DNA of 61,800 nt, filler included. It is 5 parts of 5 records of this genome, joined end to end, with 100 filler letters (N's around TTAATTAATTAA, not from the genome) between each part and the next. Parts side by side here need not be neighbours in the genome. Positions count along the whole stretch, not along the records: positions 39,609 to 61,800 come from SRR2962707_614; 4 more parts are not named here. One strand, 5' to 3'. Made by a program: the position numbers and the translations under genes. Below the pieces are notes generated by a model. That model searched no databases. It was not told the origin of the DNA and saw only the letters and a program-made list of their open reading frames with translations. Positions 49,464 to 58,754 of the stretch are shown one piece after another. The stretch's first letter is position 1, and each line of letters starts with the position of its first letter.

Positions 49464-51281
49464 TTGCCATCTCGAGAATCGTTAATCTTGCCTTCAAAAA
49501 AAAGAAACTTGAAAGCATATCAGGACAACATTGATCAATTACAAAAGGAGTCATCCAGATTAACAGCCAGCGACCGACGCATCAGTGTTTCACGTTTACT
49601 ATCCATCACTGCTGCCGCATTCCTTTATTATCAATACAACCAAACGGACAATGTGTTTTTATTACTTGCCGGAGTTATCACTACAATTGCTTTCTTGCTA
49701 TTGATAAAAAAACACAAATCCATTCGATGGCAGAACGAATTGGCTAAAGCCAAAATTGAAATCAATAAAGATGAGCTCTCTTTTCTGGAGAATGGAAAGC
49801 TCCGTTTTGATGATGGTTCAGCATTCATACAATATGATCACCCTTACTCTTATGACCTGGACTTTTTTGGTGAGCATTCTCTGTTTCAAACCCTCAACCG
49901 AACGGGTACGACCTACGGAAAAAGGGGGTTAGCAAATAATCTTCTTCACATCCTACCTGAAAAGAAAATCCTGGAAACGCAGGAGGCGGTAAAAGAGCTC
50001 ACACCCCATTTGACCTGGCGACATCAGTTGTTGGCCTTGAGTAGAATAAAACCTGATAGTCCTGAAAGCAACAAAGAACTGCTGGAATGGGCAGGAAGAA
50101 AACCGAGAAGAATTAGCAAGGTTGTTCGCTTACTCTCCTTCTTACTCCCTGCTATTACTATCATATTTTTTGGATTTTATCTGATCCATTCATCCGAATT
50201 ACTTGGTAGGTTGAGTGGTTTACTATTTCTGATCAACCTGGGGATCCTAGGGGCACACATGCTCTCGATCAAAGCAGAGCTGATCTCAACGACCAAGATT
50301 GAAGACATCCTCAAACACTATTCGTATCTTCTGAAAGAAATAGAGCAAACAGATTTCCAATCAGAAAAACTGAAGCACCTGCAGTCATCACTTACAAGTA
50401 GAGAAACAAAGGCCAGCGAAGCAATCCACCACCTCTCATTACTGTTTGGCAGACTGGAACATGTAACCAATATTTTTGCCAGCCCACTGCTAAATGGGTC
50501 ACTACAATATCACATCCACGTACTGCATGCACTCCAACGATGGAGAGAAAAGCATGCAAGTCATTTGAAAAATTGGTTGCAGACCATTGGAGAAATTGAG
50601 GCAATCAACAGCCTTTCAAACTTTGCTTACAACAATCCGGATTTTGTGTTTCCAACAATCAATCATGAAAAGCAGATCCAGTTTAAAGATCTTGGACACC
50701 CCTTGATCTCTAAGGACAAAAGCGTTACGAACTCAATCGATTTCAACTCAAAGAAATTTTTCATACTGACAGGTTCAAACATGTCAGGTAAAAGTACTTT
50801 TCTACGTACCGTAGGTTTAAATATGGTTCTGGCCGGAATTGGTGCTCCGGTATACGCATCGAAAGCGCACGTGCATCCCATGCCGGTTTTTGTTTCCATG
50901 CGATTATCAGATTCACTCACAGATAGCGAGTCCTATTTCTATGCAGAAGTCAAGCGACTGAAGTATATCATGGAGCAGCTGAATAAAGGTGAGGCATTTG
51001 TACTACTGGACGAAATACTGCGAGGCACCAACTCCGATGACAAACGAAATGGAACGATGGAAGTCATTCGCAAAATGGCTCAGAAAAAAGCATTTGGAGG
51101 CATTGCCACCCACGATCTGGAGGTATGCAATGTTGCAGATGAATACCCTGAGTCTCTTATCAATAAGCGCTTCGAAGTAGAGATTGTCAATGATGAACTG
51201 GTGTTTGATTACAAACTGCGCGACGGCATTTGTGAGAATAAAAGCGCCAGTTTCATCATGAAAAAGATGGGGGTGATTTAG
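49464..51281 (+). CDS. MutS-related ATPase (domain V only) with N-terminal TM helices
   Basis: LTGSNMSGKSTFLR, SYFYAEVKRL, LLDEILRGTNS, ATHDL; two hydrophobic pairs; no mismatch-binding domain. The start may be TTG 49509. Confidence 0.9.
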   Translation: MPSRESLILPSKKRNLKAYQDNIDQLQKESSRLTASDRRISVSRLLSITAAAFLYYQYNQTDNVFLLLAGVITTIAFLLLIKKHKSIRWQNELAKAKIEINKDELSFLENGKLRFDDGSAFIQYDHPYSYDLDFFGEHSLFQTLNRTGTTYGKRGLANNLLHILPEKKILETQEAVKELTPHLTWRHQLLALSRIKPDSPESNKELLEWAGRKPRRISKVVRLLSFLLPAITIIFFGFYLIHSSELLGRLSGLLFLINLGILGAHMLSIKAELISTTKIEDILKHYSYLLKEIEQTDFQSEKLKHLQSSLTSRETKASEAIHHLSLLFGRLEHVTNIFASPLLNGSLQYHIHVLHALQRWREKHASHLKNWLQTIGEIEAINSLSNFAYNNPDFVFPTINHEKQIQFKDLGHPLISKDKSVTNSIDFNSKKFFILTGSNMSGKSTFLRTVGLNMVLAGIGAPVYASKAHVHPMPVFVSMRLSDSLTDSESYFYAEVKRLKYIMEQLNKGEAFVLLDEILRGTNSDDKRNGTMEVIRKMAQKKAFGGIATHDLEVCNVADEYPESLINKRFEVEIVNDELVFDYKLRDGICENKSASFIMKKMGVI

Positions 51282-51994
51282 ACTAAATCAAAGGCCTCAG
51301 CAAACCGAATGAGATCTACAAATCGTTTAATATCTAGCTTGCTCATGATGTTCTTTCTGTGAGTATCCACTGTGAATCTGGCTATCGAAAGCTGATCAGC
51401 TATTTCCTGATTTGAGAGTCCCTTTGCCAACAAAGTCATTACCTCCACCTCCCGGGCGGTTAACTCCTGAAATTTGTTCATGTTGTTATGAACAAATTCA
51501 TCTAGCGCAATCAGTTTCATGAATTTATTCTGGTACCTATCCAGAAACTTAATTTTAAAGTCTAAAGTAAAAATCCCATTTGCCTTATCACTAAGCTTCA
51601 TGAAAGACACAAACCATTCGAAATCAGCATCCAGGTCTTTCTCAAGGTTCATATGTTGAAACAGGATCCCTATTTCATGCTTATTTCCCCTTTTAACAAA
51701 GTCAGTCGCTATGGCAACATTCCTTTGAAAATTCTCCATGTCAACACGACGAGGTAGCTCTTCAAAAAATCTTTCATGAATTTCCTCTCTCGTAAATCCG
51801 CCAACCGCCTCTCTCATCACTGGATCGGCATAAATCAAAGACATAGTGGACTTATCGTTTACATGCATATAATCAGATGGAAGTGTTTCATAAAGAGCAT
51901 CCAAGTCACCCCAATCGTCGGATTTGATGAATTTTTCTGACTGCCAAAAAAAGGTTCTGTGAAGATTAATTAGCTCCGTGTCTTTGATTTCCAT
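51278..51994 (-). CDS. LuxR-type HTH regulator with an N-terminal sensor-like (possibly PAS-like) domain
   Basis: C-terminal LTAREVEVMTLLAKGLSNQEIADQLSIARFTVDTHRKNIMSKL; no receiver-domain motifs seen. Confidence 0.9.
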   Translation of the reverse strand: MEIKDTELINLHRTFFWQSEKFIKSDDWGDLDALYETLPSDYMHVNDKSTMSLIYADPVMREAVGGFTREEIHERFFEELPRRVDMENFQRNVAIATDFVKRGNKHEIGILFQHMNLEKDLDADFEWFVSFMKLSDKANGIFTLDFKIKFLDRYQNKFMKLIALDEFVHNNMNKFQELTAREVEVMTLLAKGLSNQEIADQLSIARFTVDTHRKNIMSKLDIKRFVDLIRFAEAFDLV

Positions 51995-52059
51995 GAATGA
52001 GCTGATCGTGATTGAGGTACTATAAATCTACCCATTTTCATTAAAAAGTACCTCTAAAA

Positions 52060-52079
52060 AATACCAGATTGTTGGTATT
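52060..52079. promoter_or_regulatory. Palindromic operator AATACCA-N6-TGGTATT
   Basis: Perfect 7-6-7 inverted repeat between the divergent LuxR and T9SS genes. Confidence 0.55.
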
Positions 52080-52180
52080 GACTTTTTAAGTAATTGATTG
52101 TCAATTTGTTATACCACTAAATTACTACTGCCATACGCTAAGATGCACACCCAAATTCATTTCACTTAATCACTAATACT

Positions 52181-55100
52181 ATGCACCTACCAAAAAAAAA
52201 ACTCATACTCAAGGAGCACTGTAATAGCAGTCTCTTGGATTCCTCTCACATTCATCAACTATTAAGAGTGGGTCATTTACTTTTTTTCTTTCTCATTTCT
52301 GCCGTTTGGTCAGTCAATGGACAAACAAGAATTGTTGGAACATCCACTGAAAATGGAGGAACTGTTTTCGCAATCAACGACGATGGTTCCTCTCCTTCAA
52401 TATTAGCAGATTTCACATATGGTAGGGATCCCGTATCCGGATTAATAGAAACCAATAATAAGCTTTGGGGCGTAACTCCATATGGCGGAAGGTATGATCA
52501 TGGAATTATTTACACCATTGATTTGGATGGATCTAACTATACCAAAGTTCATGAGTTTGACGGAACAAACGGCTCAGGACCTAGAGCAATTTTTGTAGAA
52601 AGTAATGGTAAGTTATGGGGTGCAACATTTCAAGGAGGAGCAACAGATGATGGCGTTTTATTTACGATTAACCCAGACGGAACAGGGTTCGAAAAGGTTG
52701 AAGATTTTGATGATGCAAATACTGGCCATGTTAACAAAAGTGCCTTAATTGATGTCAATGGAGAGTTATGGGGTATAGCCTCTCATGGAGGTGCCAATGG
52801 GTATGGAGTAATCTACACCATAGATAATGATGGAATGAACTTTTCCACGGAACATGATTTCGGGACAGATGGTAGCTACCCGATGGGCGGGCTGACGCTT
52901 GCAAACAATAAACTATGGGGGACGGCACCATATGATGTTGGAACAAGTGGTGATGGTATTATCTACTCTATCAATACTGATGGAACCGGATTTACCGAAA
53001 TTCATGATTTTAGTGAAACCGATGGTGAGTATCCTTATGGTACCTTACTTGAAAGCAATGGAAAGTTATGGGGTATTACAAAGTTCGGTGGCTCAAGCGG
53101 GAATGGAACCATTTTCAATTTAAATACAGACGGAACCGGATTTACGAAAATTCATGATTTTGATGGCATTGATAGTAGATACCCAGTAGGAGGAGTAATT
53201 GAAAGCAATGGAAAGCTATGGGGTTTTGCAGGTGGTGGTTTCGCTGGAACCATTTACTCAATAGATCCCGATGGTACAAATTTTACCATCTGGTATGAAT
53301 TTGATGAGAGTGCTGGACCTCAGGGACCAACAGACATACTGTACGAAAGCAACAATAAGTTATGGGGAACCGCTAGTGCAGGAGGATTTAAACATCAAGG
53401 AATGATCTTTTCCATAGAAAACGATGGATCTAACGTAGAAACACATCACGATTTTTTTAGCAATGATTTAGGACTAGAACCTTCTTCTAATCCAACTCTG
53501 AATTGCGGTAAACTTTATGGGACAACCATATGGGGTGGATCAAATAACAGTGGAACAATTTATTCCGTCAATCGAGATGGAACAGATTTAACTAAAATAT
53601 TTGATTTTGACCATGATGTTGGAGCAAATCCCTACGGAAGTCTCCTCATCAGTAATGGTAGGCTTTGGGGTATGACTTACTCTAGAGGTCCAAGTTCAGG
53701 AGGAACAGTTTATTCATTGAATTTAGATGGTAGCAATTTCATATTACATCATGATATTGTAACTGCAGTAAATGGATCTACCTCTAGTCCTTTTGGTAGC
53801 TTCATTGAATATGACAATAAGTTATTTGGTATGCTTAGAGCGGGAATAATCTCAATGAATACAGACGGAACAGAACTTGAAATGTTCTATCGCTTTGAGT
53901 CAGGGACTGGCACAACATATGGTGATTTAACCTTCAGCAATGGTAAGTTCTGGGGCATGACTGAAACGGGAGGTACCAATTTTAATGGAGTGATATTTTC
54001 GATTGATCCTGATGGTTCCAATTTTTCAATTGTCCATGAGTTTGATGATACGAATGGCAAAAGACCACAAAGTAGCCTTTTATCATACAATGGTAAACTA
54101 TGGGGCATGACACGCTATGGAGGAATATATGGCCTGGGAACTGTCTTTTCTATAGATAATAATGGAAATAATTTCACAAAACATTACGATTTTGATGATA
54201 CGAATGGAAAGTTTCCGAGAGGAGACTTAATTGCTCATAATGGAAAATTCTGGGGCATGACAGAATCAGGAGGTACTTCGGAAGGCACCTACAACAATGG
54301 AGTTATTTTTACTATGAATTTGGATGGAACCGGGTTCTCAAAAGTGGTAGATCTTACCAATGGTGATCATGGTGGCAATCCACTCTATGGATCTTTATTG
54401 GTTGTTGAGGATAAGCTAAATCAAGATATCACCTTCACCCCTTCAAATAAAGCTTATGGTGACAATGAATACTTGCTGAGTGCTTCATCAACTTCTCCAA
54501 ATAATATTAGCTACTACAGTTCAGATGAAAGCATCTTATCAATAACAAATAATAGTGCTAGTATTTTAGGAGCCGGTGAGGTATCAATTACCGCATTTCA
54601 AAACTCAGATGGTAGCTATTATTCCGGTTGTGCTGTGTCTAATGTTTCTATTGCTAAAGCTCCCTTAACAGCAACTCCTGATAATCAACTAATCACATAT
54701 GGTGAGGAATTACCTGAATTAACAATATCATATGATGATTTTGTTTATGATGATACTGAAAGTGATATTTCTCCACCAAACGCACAAGTAAATTACTCTG
54801 GTGTAGGAATGTTTGATATTGTATTAAGTGGGGGAAGTGCCAATAATTATGAGTTGGAATTAGGAACTGGGACTTTAACTGTAAATAAAGCAGCCTTAAT
54901 TGCGTCTGCTGATGATAAGGAATATACCTATGGAGGAAATATACCCGACTTCACCATTTCTTATGACGGATTTGTGAATAACGAAACGGAATCTGAAATT
55001 ACACCCCCAACAGCGAACGTTTCCAATGACGGGTCGGCTGGCACCTATGACATTATTCTGAGTGGAGGATCAGCCGATAATTATGACCTAACGTTAGAAA

Positions 55101-55612
55101 ATGGCACACTTACAATAAGTAAGGCAAATCTAACCATTACCGCTGACGATAAAACAATAACTGAAGGTGAAACCATTCCAACTTTAACCATGTCTTTTGA
55201 CGCGTTTGTGAATGATGATACCGAAGCTGACATTACCCTGCCGTCAATATCAACAGATGCTACATCATCTAGTCCAATCGGTGTTTATGATATCATACTT
55301 TCCGGAGGAAGTGCTGATAACTATGATCTAACTTTAATTGATGGAACACTATCCATAGAAGCAGCGCTTGGATTGTATGATAACCCCAAAGTGATTAGTA
55401 TTTATCCAAATCCAGCAAAAAGTGAATTTTCGATTTTAGATGAGGAGACACCTTCAGAAGTGTTTCTAGTTGGTCAAGATGGAAAAGTTATAAAATCATA
55501 TAATACATCAAGTGGTAATAATTATTCTGTGCTCGGAATTCCCGAGGGGCTCTATATTGTCATGGCCAAAATATACAGTGAGTGGAAAATTGCCAGGTTA
55601 AATATTAAGTAA
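52181..55612 (+). CDS. T9SS-secreted surface protein: ~14 GloVer (TIGR03803-like) repeats, 3 MBG-like domains, type A sorting domain
   Basis: Thirteen (K/E/R)[LF][WYF]G...G.I[FY].I..DG repeats plus one degenerate N-terminal copy; three KA.L....D[DN] domains; C-terminal ISIYPNP...GLYIV...RLNIK. Confidence 0.88.
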   Translation: MHLPKKKLILKEHCNSSLLDSSHIHQLLRVGHLLFFFLISAVWSVNGQTRIVGTSTENGGTVFAINDDGSSPSILADFTYGRDPVSGLIETNNKLWGVTPYGGRYDHGIIYTIDLDGSNYTKVHEFDGTNGSGPRAIFVESNGKLWGATFQGGATDDGVLFTINPDGTGFEKVEDFDDANTGHVNKSALIDVNGELWGIASHGGANGYGVIYTIDNDGMNFSTEHDFGTDGSYPMGGLTLANNKLWGTAPYDVGTSGDGIIYSINTDGTGFTEIHDFSETDGEYPYGTLLESNGKLWGITKFGGSSGNGTIFNLNTDGTGFTKIHDFDGIDSRYPVGGVIESNGKLWGFAGGGFAGTIYSIDPDGTNFTIWYEFDESAGPQGPTDILYESNNKLWGTASAGGFKHQGMIFSIENDGSNVETHHDFFSNDLGLEPSSNPTLNCGKLYGTTIWGGSNNSGTIYSVNRDGTDLTKIFDFDHDVGANPYGSLLISNGRLWGMTYSRGPSSGGTVYSLNLDGSNFILHHDIVTAVNGSTSSPFGSFIEYDNKLFGMLRAGIISMNTDGTELEMFYRFESGTGTTYGDLTFSNGKFWGMTETGGTNFNGVIFSIDPDGSNFSIVHEFDDTNGKRPQSSLLSYNGKLWGMTRYGGIYGLGTVFSIDNNGNNFTKHYDFDDTNGKFPRGDLIAHNGKFWGMTESGGTSEGTYNNGVIFTMNLDGTGFSKVVDLTNGDHGGNPLYGSLLVVEDKLNQDITFTPSNKAYGDNEYLLSASSTSPNNISYYSSDESILSITNNSASILGAGEVSITAFQNSDGSYYSGCAVSNVSIAKAPLTATPDNQLITYGEELPELTISYDDFVYDDTESDISPPNAQVNYSGVGMFDIVLSGGSANNYELELGTGTLTVNKAALIASADDKEYTYGGNIPDFTISYDGFVNNETESEITPPTANVSNDGSAGTYDIILSGGSADNYDLTLENGTLTISKANLTITADDKTITEGETIPTLTMSFDAFVNDDTEADITLPSISTDATSSSPIGVYDIILSGGSADNYDLTLIDGTLSIEAALGLYDNPKVISIYPNPAKSEFSILDEETPSEVFLVGQDGKVIKSYNTSSGNNYSVLGIPEGLYIVMAKIYSEWKIARLNIK

Positions 55613-55662
55613 TAACAAAACCACATAGTGGTACTCGTCACAAGGTGACGAAGGCAGCAAGG

Positions 55663-55691
55663 AGGTCTATCTTATAAGATAGGCCTTTTTT
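55663..55691 (+). terminator. Rho-independent terminator
   Basis: AGGTCTATCTT-AT-AAGATAGGCCT followed by a T run, downstream of the T9SS gene. Confidence 0.7.
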
Positions 55692-55714
55692 GTAAATACT
55701 TTCTAACTTTAACT

Positions 55715-57019
55715 ATGCGTCTCCTAATCACCACTACCCTTTTATTACTTACCTTTCTCACAAAAGCGCAAACCAATCAAACCACTACTGAACTGGTCAT
55801 GTCCATGTCTCAGCGGTCGCTGGTGATGCCCGGATATTTGACGGAGCTCAAGGCTTTGATAGCTCGACAAGCATATGAATTCTGGAAAGAGGGAAACGTA
55901 GAACCTTATGTCTCACATCTGAATGTGTATCAATCACTCTATGAAGCCAATAAATACCTGGGCTATGATTCTGTCAGGAACATGGCCTACAATCAGGTAG
56001 GTGTTCATTCCAATACAGTGACTTCAGTCGTATTCGGAAGTGATCCTAATTACTACTACTCCTCTTCCACAGATGGCAAAATTTTAAAGTGGGACTTATC
56101 TAATCCACAGGCCATTCCTGAGACAGTCTATTCATCTGGTAAGATTATTCAGTCAATCGAAATGTCCAACGACGGCAAGGTTTTGATGGCCATCTTCTAT
56201 CAGAAGGGGTTGGCCCTTATCCCCACCCAAAAAGACAATGAGAAGGATATCCAGGTGCTGGAGGATCCACAACCGGTACAAACAGCCACTTTTCTCCCGG
56301 GTGAACGCAAGTACCTGACTGTGGCAAAAACAGGAGAACTCATCTTAAAAGGTTTTGACACCAAATCGGAGCAGGTAGGAAAAACAGCTCTTAAAGTCAA
56401 TCAGTTAAAAGTGGATGAAAAGGATGGTACTATCTATGCTGGAACGGATCAGGGGGTACTGGAGGCCTGGGGAAAACCCTATGAAGTGAAAGAAAGTCCC
56501 ATTGAGGACATTATGAAAAACTGGCGTAAACAATCATATTTTGGATATGAATTAGGATCTTTCGCCATCAACTGCCTGGATATCAGTCCAAATGGAAACA
56601 CGCTTGCTATCGGTCGGGATCGCGGAGACGTTATCCTTTGGGATATCCCGAACAAAAAACTCATTCGCATTATCTCCGGACATCAGAGCACGGTTACAGA
56701 CATTCAATTTAACCCCCAAGGGGATTTATTACTTACTACCAGCAGGGATGGTACAGCACGTATCTGGGACCTGACGGACTCCAGAAAACTCCCCATCATT
56801 CTGGATGATCACGATGACTGGGTATTCACCGGAAGCTTTAATCCAACCGGTACCCAGGTGATCACAGGTGGTGGCGATGAGTTTATCCGAACCTGGCCCG
56901 TAGATCCGGCCTATTTTGCTTTTCGCATTTGTGCCCTGGTAAACCGAAATCTTACGCAGGAAGAGTGGGATGAGTTTGTAGGAAAAAATATTCCCTACGC
57001 TTTAACCTGTGGTGAATGA
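55715..57019 (+). CDS. Exported WD40-repeat protein
   Basis: Signal peptide MRLLITTTLLLLTFLTKAQ; WD repeats such as GHQSTVTDIQF...SRDGTARIWD; C-terminal ICALVNRNLTQEEWDEFVG...YALTC. Confidence 0.88.
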   Translation: MRLLITTTLLLLTFLTKAQTNQTTTELVMSMSQRSLVMPGYLTELKALIARQAYEFWKEGNVEPYVSHLNVYQSLYEANKYLGYDSVRNMAYNQVGVHSNTVTSVVFGSDPNYYYSSSTDGKILKWDLSNPQAIPETVYSSGKIIQSIEMSNDGKVLMAIFYQKGLALIPTQKDNEKDIQVLEDPQPVQTATFLPGERKYLTVAKTGELILKGFDTKSEQVGKTALKVNQLKVDEKDGTIYAGTDQGVLEAWGKPYEVKESPIEDIMKNWRKQSYFGYELGSFAINCLDISPNGNTLAIGRDRGDVILWDIPNKKLIRIISGHQSTVTDIQFNPQGDLLLTTSRDGTARIWDLTDSRKLPIILDDHDDWVFTGSFNPTGTQVITGGGDEFIRTWPVDPAYFAFRICALVNRNLTQEEWDEFVGKNIPYALTCGE

Positions 57020-57370
57020 AAGTATCGGAAGTGGACATTCGACACTTTATCCGAAACCATTATTACTTAGCTTAATCGAACGTACTTATTCCGTTTATTG
57101 GCTCGGGAGGCCAAGCAATTCAACAAGCCAATGAATAATTGGACGAAAAATGGTTTTTTAACTTTCATAGTGGTGTTTTCTTTTCAATTCTTAATTATGA
57201 TTCAAAATTGAGAAATGATAATCCCACCTGTAAGCGCGAATTACGGAATTGGTCAAATTGAGTGAAACACGTAGATGGATCAATCCAACATGTTTCTCAT
57301 AAAATCCAAATTTTTCGAAACGATTGGGTGGGTTTTTGGCTTCTATTAATGAATCAAACAATTCAACACA

Positions 57371-57925
57371 ATGGCAAAAATTATTAACTCACTTGTAAAC
57401 GGAATAAAAGGAGGCATAAATGGAGCGATTGAAGGAACGGCCGATTTAGGTAGTACCATCGTCACCTCAGTCAAAGAAGTCACCCTAAAAACGATAGAAG
57501 GAACAAAAGACATTGTAGTGAAAGGAATTCAGGTTCCAGCGTCAATCGTTCAGGGAACATTCGAAGGTCTTACCAATATTGGAAAAGGAGTGATCGACTT
57601 GGTAAAGGGTATTGTCAATGGTGCTGTGCAGGGAGCGATGGAAAGCGGAGTAGATCAAAAAGATGCAGTTCAAGGCTCAGTGAAACAGGCCATTCATTCA
57701 GCTAAAAACTTAGGTCTGGATGTTGGTGCTGTTGCTGTAGAGGCAGTAAAAGGCTCGGTAAACGGCGTAAAACAAGTAGGTGGTGATACACTGGCTGCCA
57801 CTAAAAATTCCATTGTAGCGGCAGTAGAAGCAGCCGGAGAGATTAGCATTGAATCACACAAAGCCGTGAAAGATGCGATAGATGAAGGAATAGAAGGTGG
57901 AAGAGATATTTTGAAGCAGTTGTAA
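57371..57925 (+). CDS. Hypothetical G/A/V/I-rich helical repeat protein
   Basis: 184-aa ORF with an A-rich Bacteroidota-type leader; 11/22-residue periodicity. Confidence 0.8.
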   Translation: MAKIINSLVNGIKGGINGAIEGTADLGSTIVTSVKEVTLKTIEGTKDIVVKGIQVPASIVQGTFEGLTNIGKGVIDLVKGIVNGAVQGAMESGVDQKDAVQGSVKQAIHSAKNLGLDVGAVAVEAVKGSVNGVKQVGGDTLAATKNSIVAAVEAAGEISIESHKAVKDAIDEGIEGGRDILKQL

Positions 57926-57957
57926 AACAAGTCAAAAAAGAATTCGTCTGAATAAAT

Positions 57958-57990
57958 AAGATTGTCGTTTCCATGGCAATCTTTTTATTT
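57958..57990 (+). terminator. Probable Rho-independent terminator
   Basis: AAGATTGTCG...TGGCAATCTT stem with G-U pairs, followed by a T-rich tail. Confidence 0.55.
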
Positions 57991-58013
57991 GCTTCTTACG
58001 TTTTGAGATTCTA

Positions 58014-58754
58014 ATGAACAAACTGATTTTACTAATCTCCATTGCAGTGGCATGTAGTGCACCAACACCTACCGCACAAGAAGTCGTAGATAAAGCCATA
58101 GCTCAGGCTGGTGTAGACAAGTTGAAAAATGGAGAGGCCTCTTTTACTTTTCGTGACATTGATTATACATACATGATGCATGGAGGTGACTTCATCTATA
58201 CACGCACTCAAAAGGACTCCCTAGGTAATCAGGTAAAAGATGTGCTTGATAATGAAGGCCTATTCCGATACATCAATGATAGCTTGGTAACTCTGGAAGA
58301 GGAGAAATGTGCTGCCTATACCAGTTCTGTTAACTCAGTTATTTATTTCGCTTTCCTCCCCTTTCGCCTCAATGATGCTGCAGTGAATAAAAGCTATGTC
58401 GGAGAAGTTGAAATCAATGGTAAGAGTTACAACAAAATCAAAGTTACTTTTGATGCAGAGGGTGGCGGTGAAGATTTTGAGGACGTCTTCTACTACTGGT
58501 TTGACACGGAAGACTACAGTATGGATTACCTGGCCTACAGTTACAATGAAGAAGATGAAGGCACAGGTATGCGTTTCAGAGTTGCTTATAACAGCAGAAA
58601 AATCAATGGCGTTACCATTCAGGATTACAGAAATCTAAAGCCAAAGATGAAAGACAGTGTGCCATTGGAGCAAATCGATCAGGCTTACCTGGATGGAAAA
58701 CTGGAGGAGTTATCACTCATCGAACTGGAAGATGTGGTAATTTCGATTCCATGA
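58014..58754 (+). CDS. Lipoprotein, DUF6503-like
   Basis: Lipobox AVAC; SVNSVIYFAFLP..LND and F..EGGGED..D.F.YW motifs. Confidence 0.75.
   Translation: MNKLILLISIAVACSAPTPTAQEVVDKAIAQAGVDKLKNGEASFTFRDIDYTYMMHGGDFIYTRTQKDSLGNQVKDVLDNEGLFRYINDSLVTLEEEKCAAYTSSVNSVIYFAFLPFRLNDAAVNKSYVGEVEINGKSYNKIKVTFDAEGGGEDFEDVFYYWFDTEDYSMDYLAYSYNEEDEGTGMRFRVAYNSRKINGVTIQDYRNLKPKMKDSVPLEQIDQAYLDGKLEELSLIELEDVVISIP

Noticed and set aside
52330-54400. Diversity-generating retroelement or nucleotide repeat array in the T9SS gene
   Set aside because: The similarity reflects protein tandem repeats; there is no reverse transcriptase and no adenine-specific TR/VR pair.
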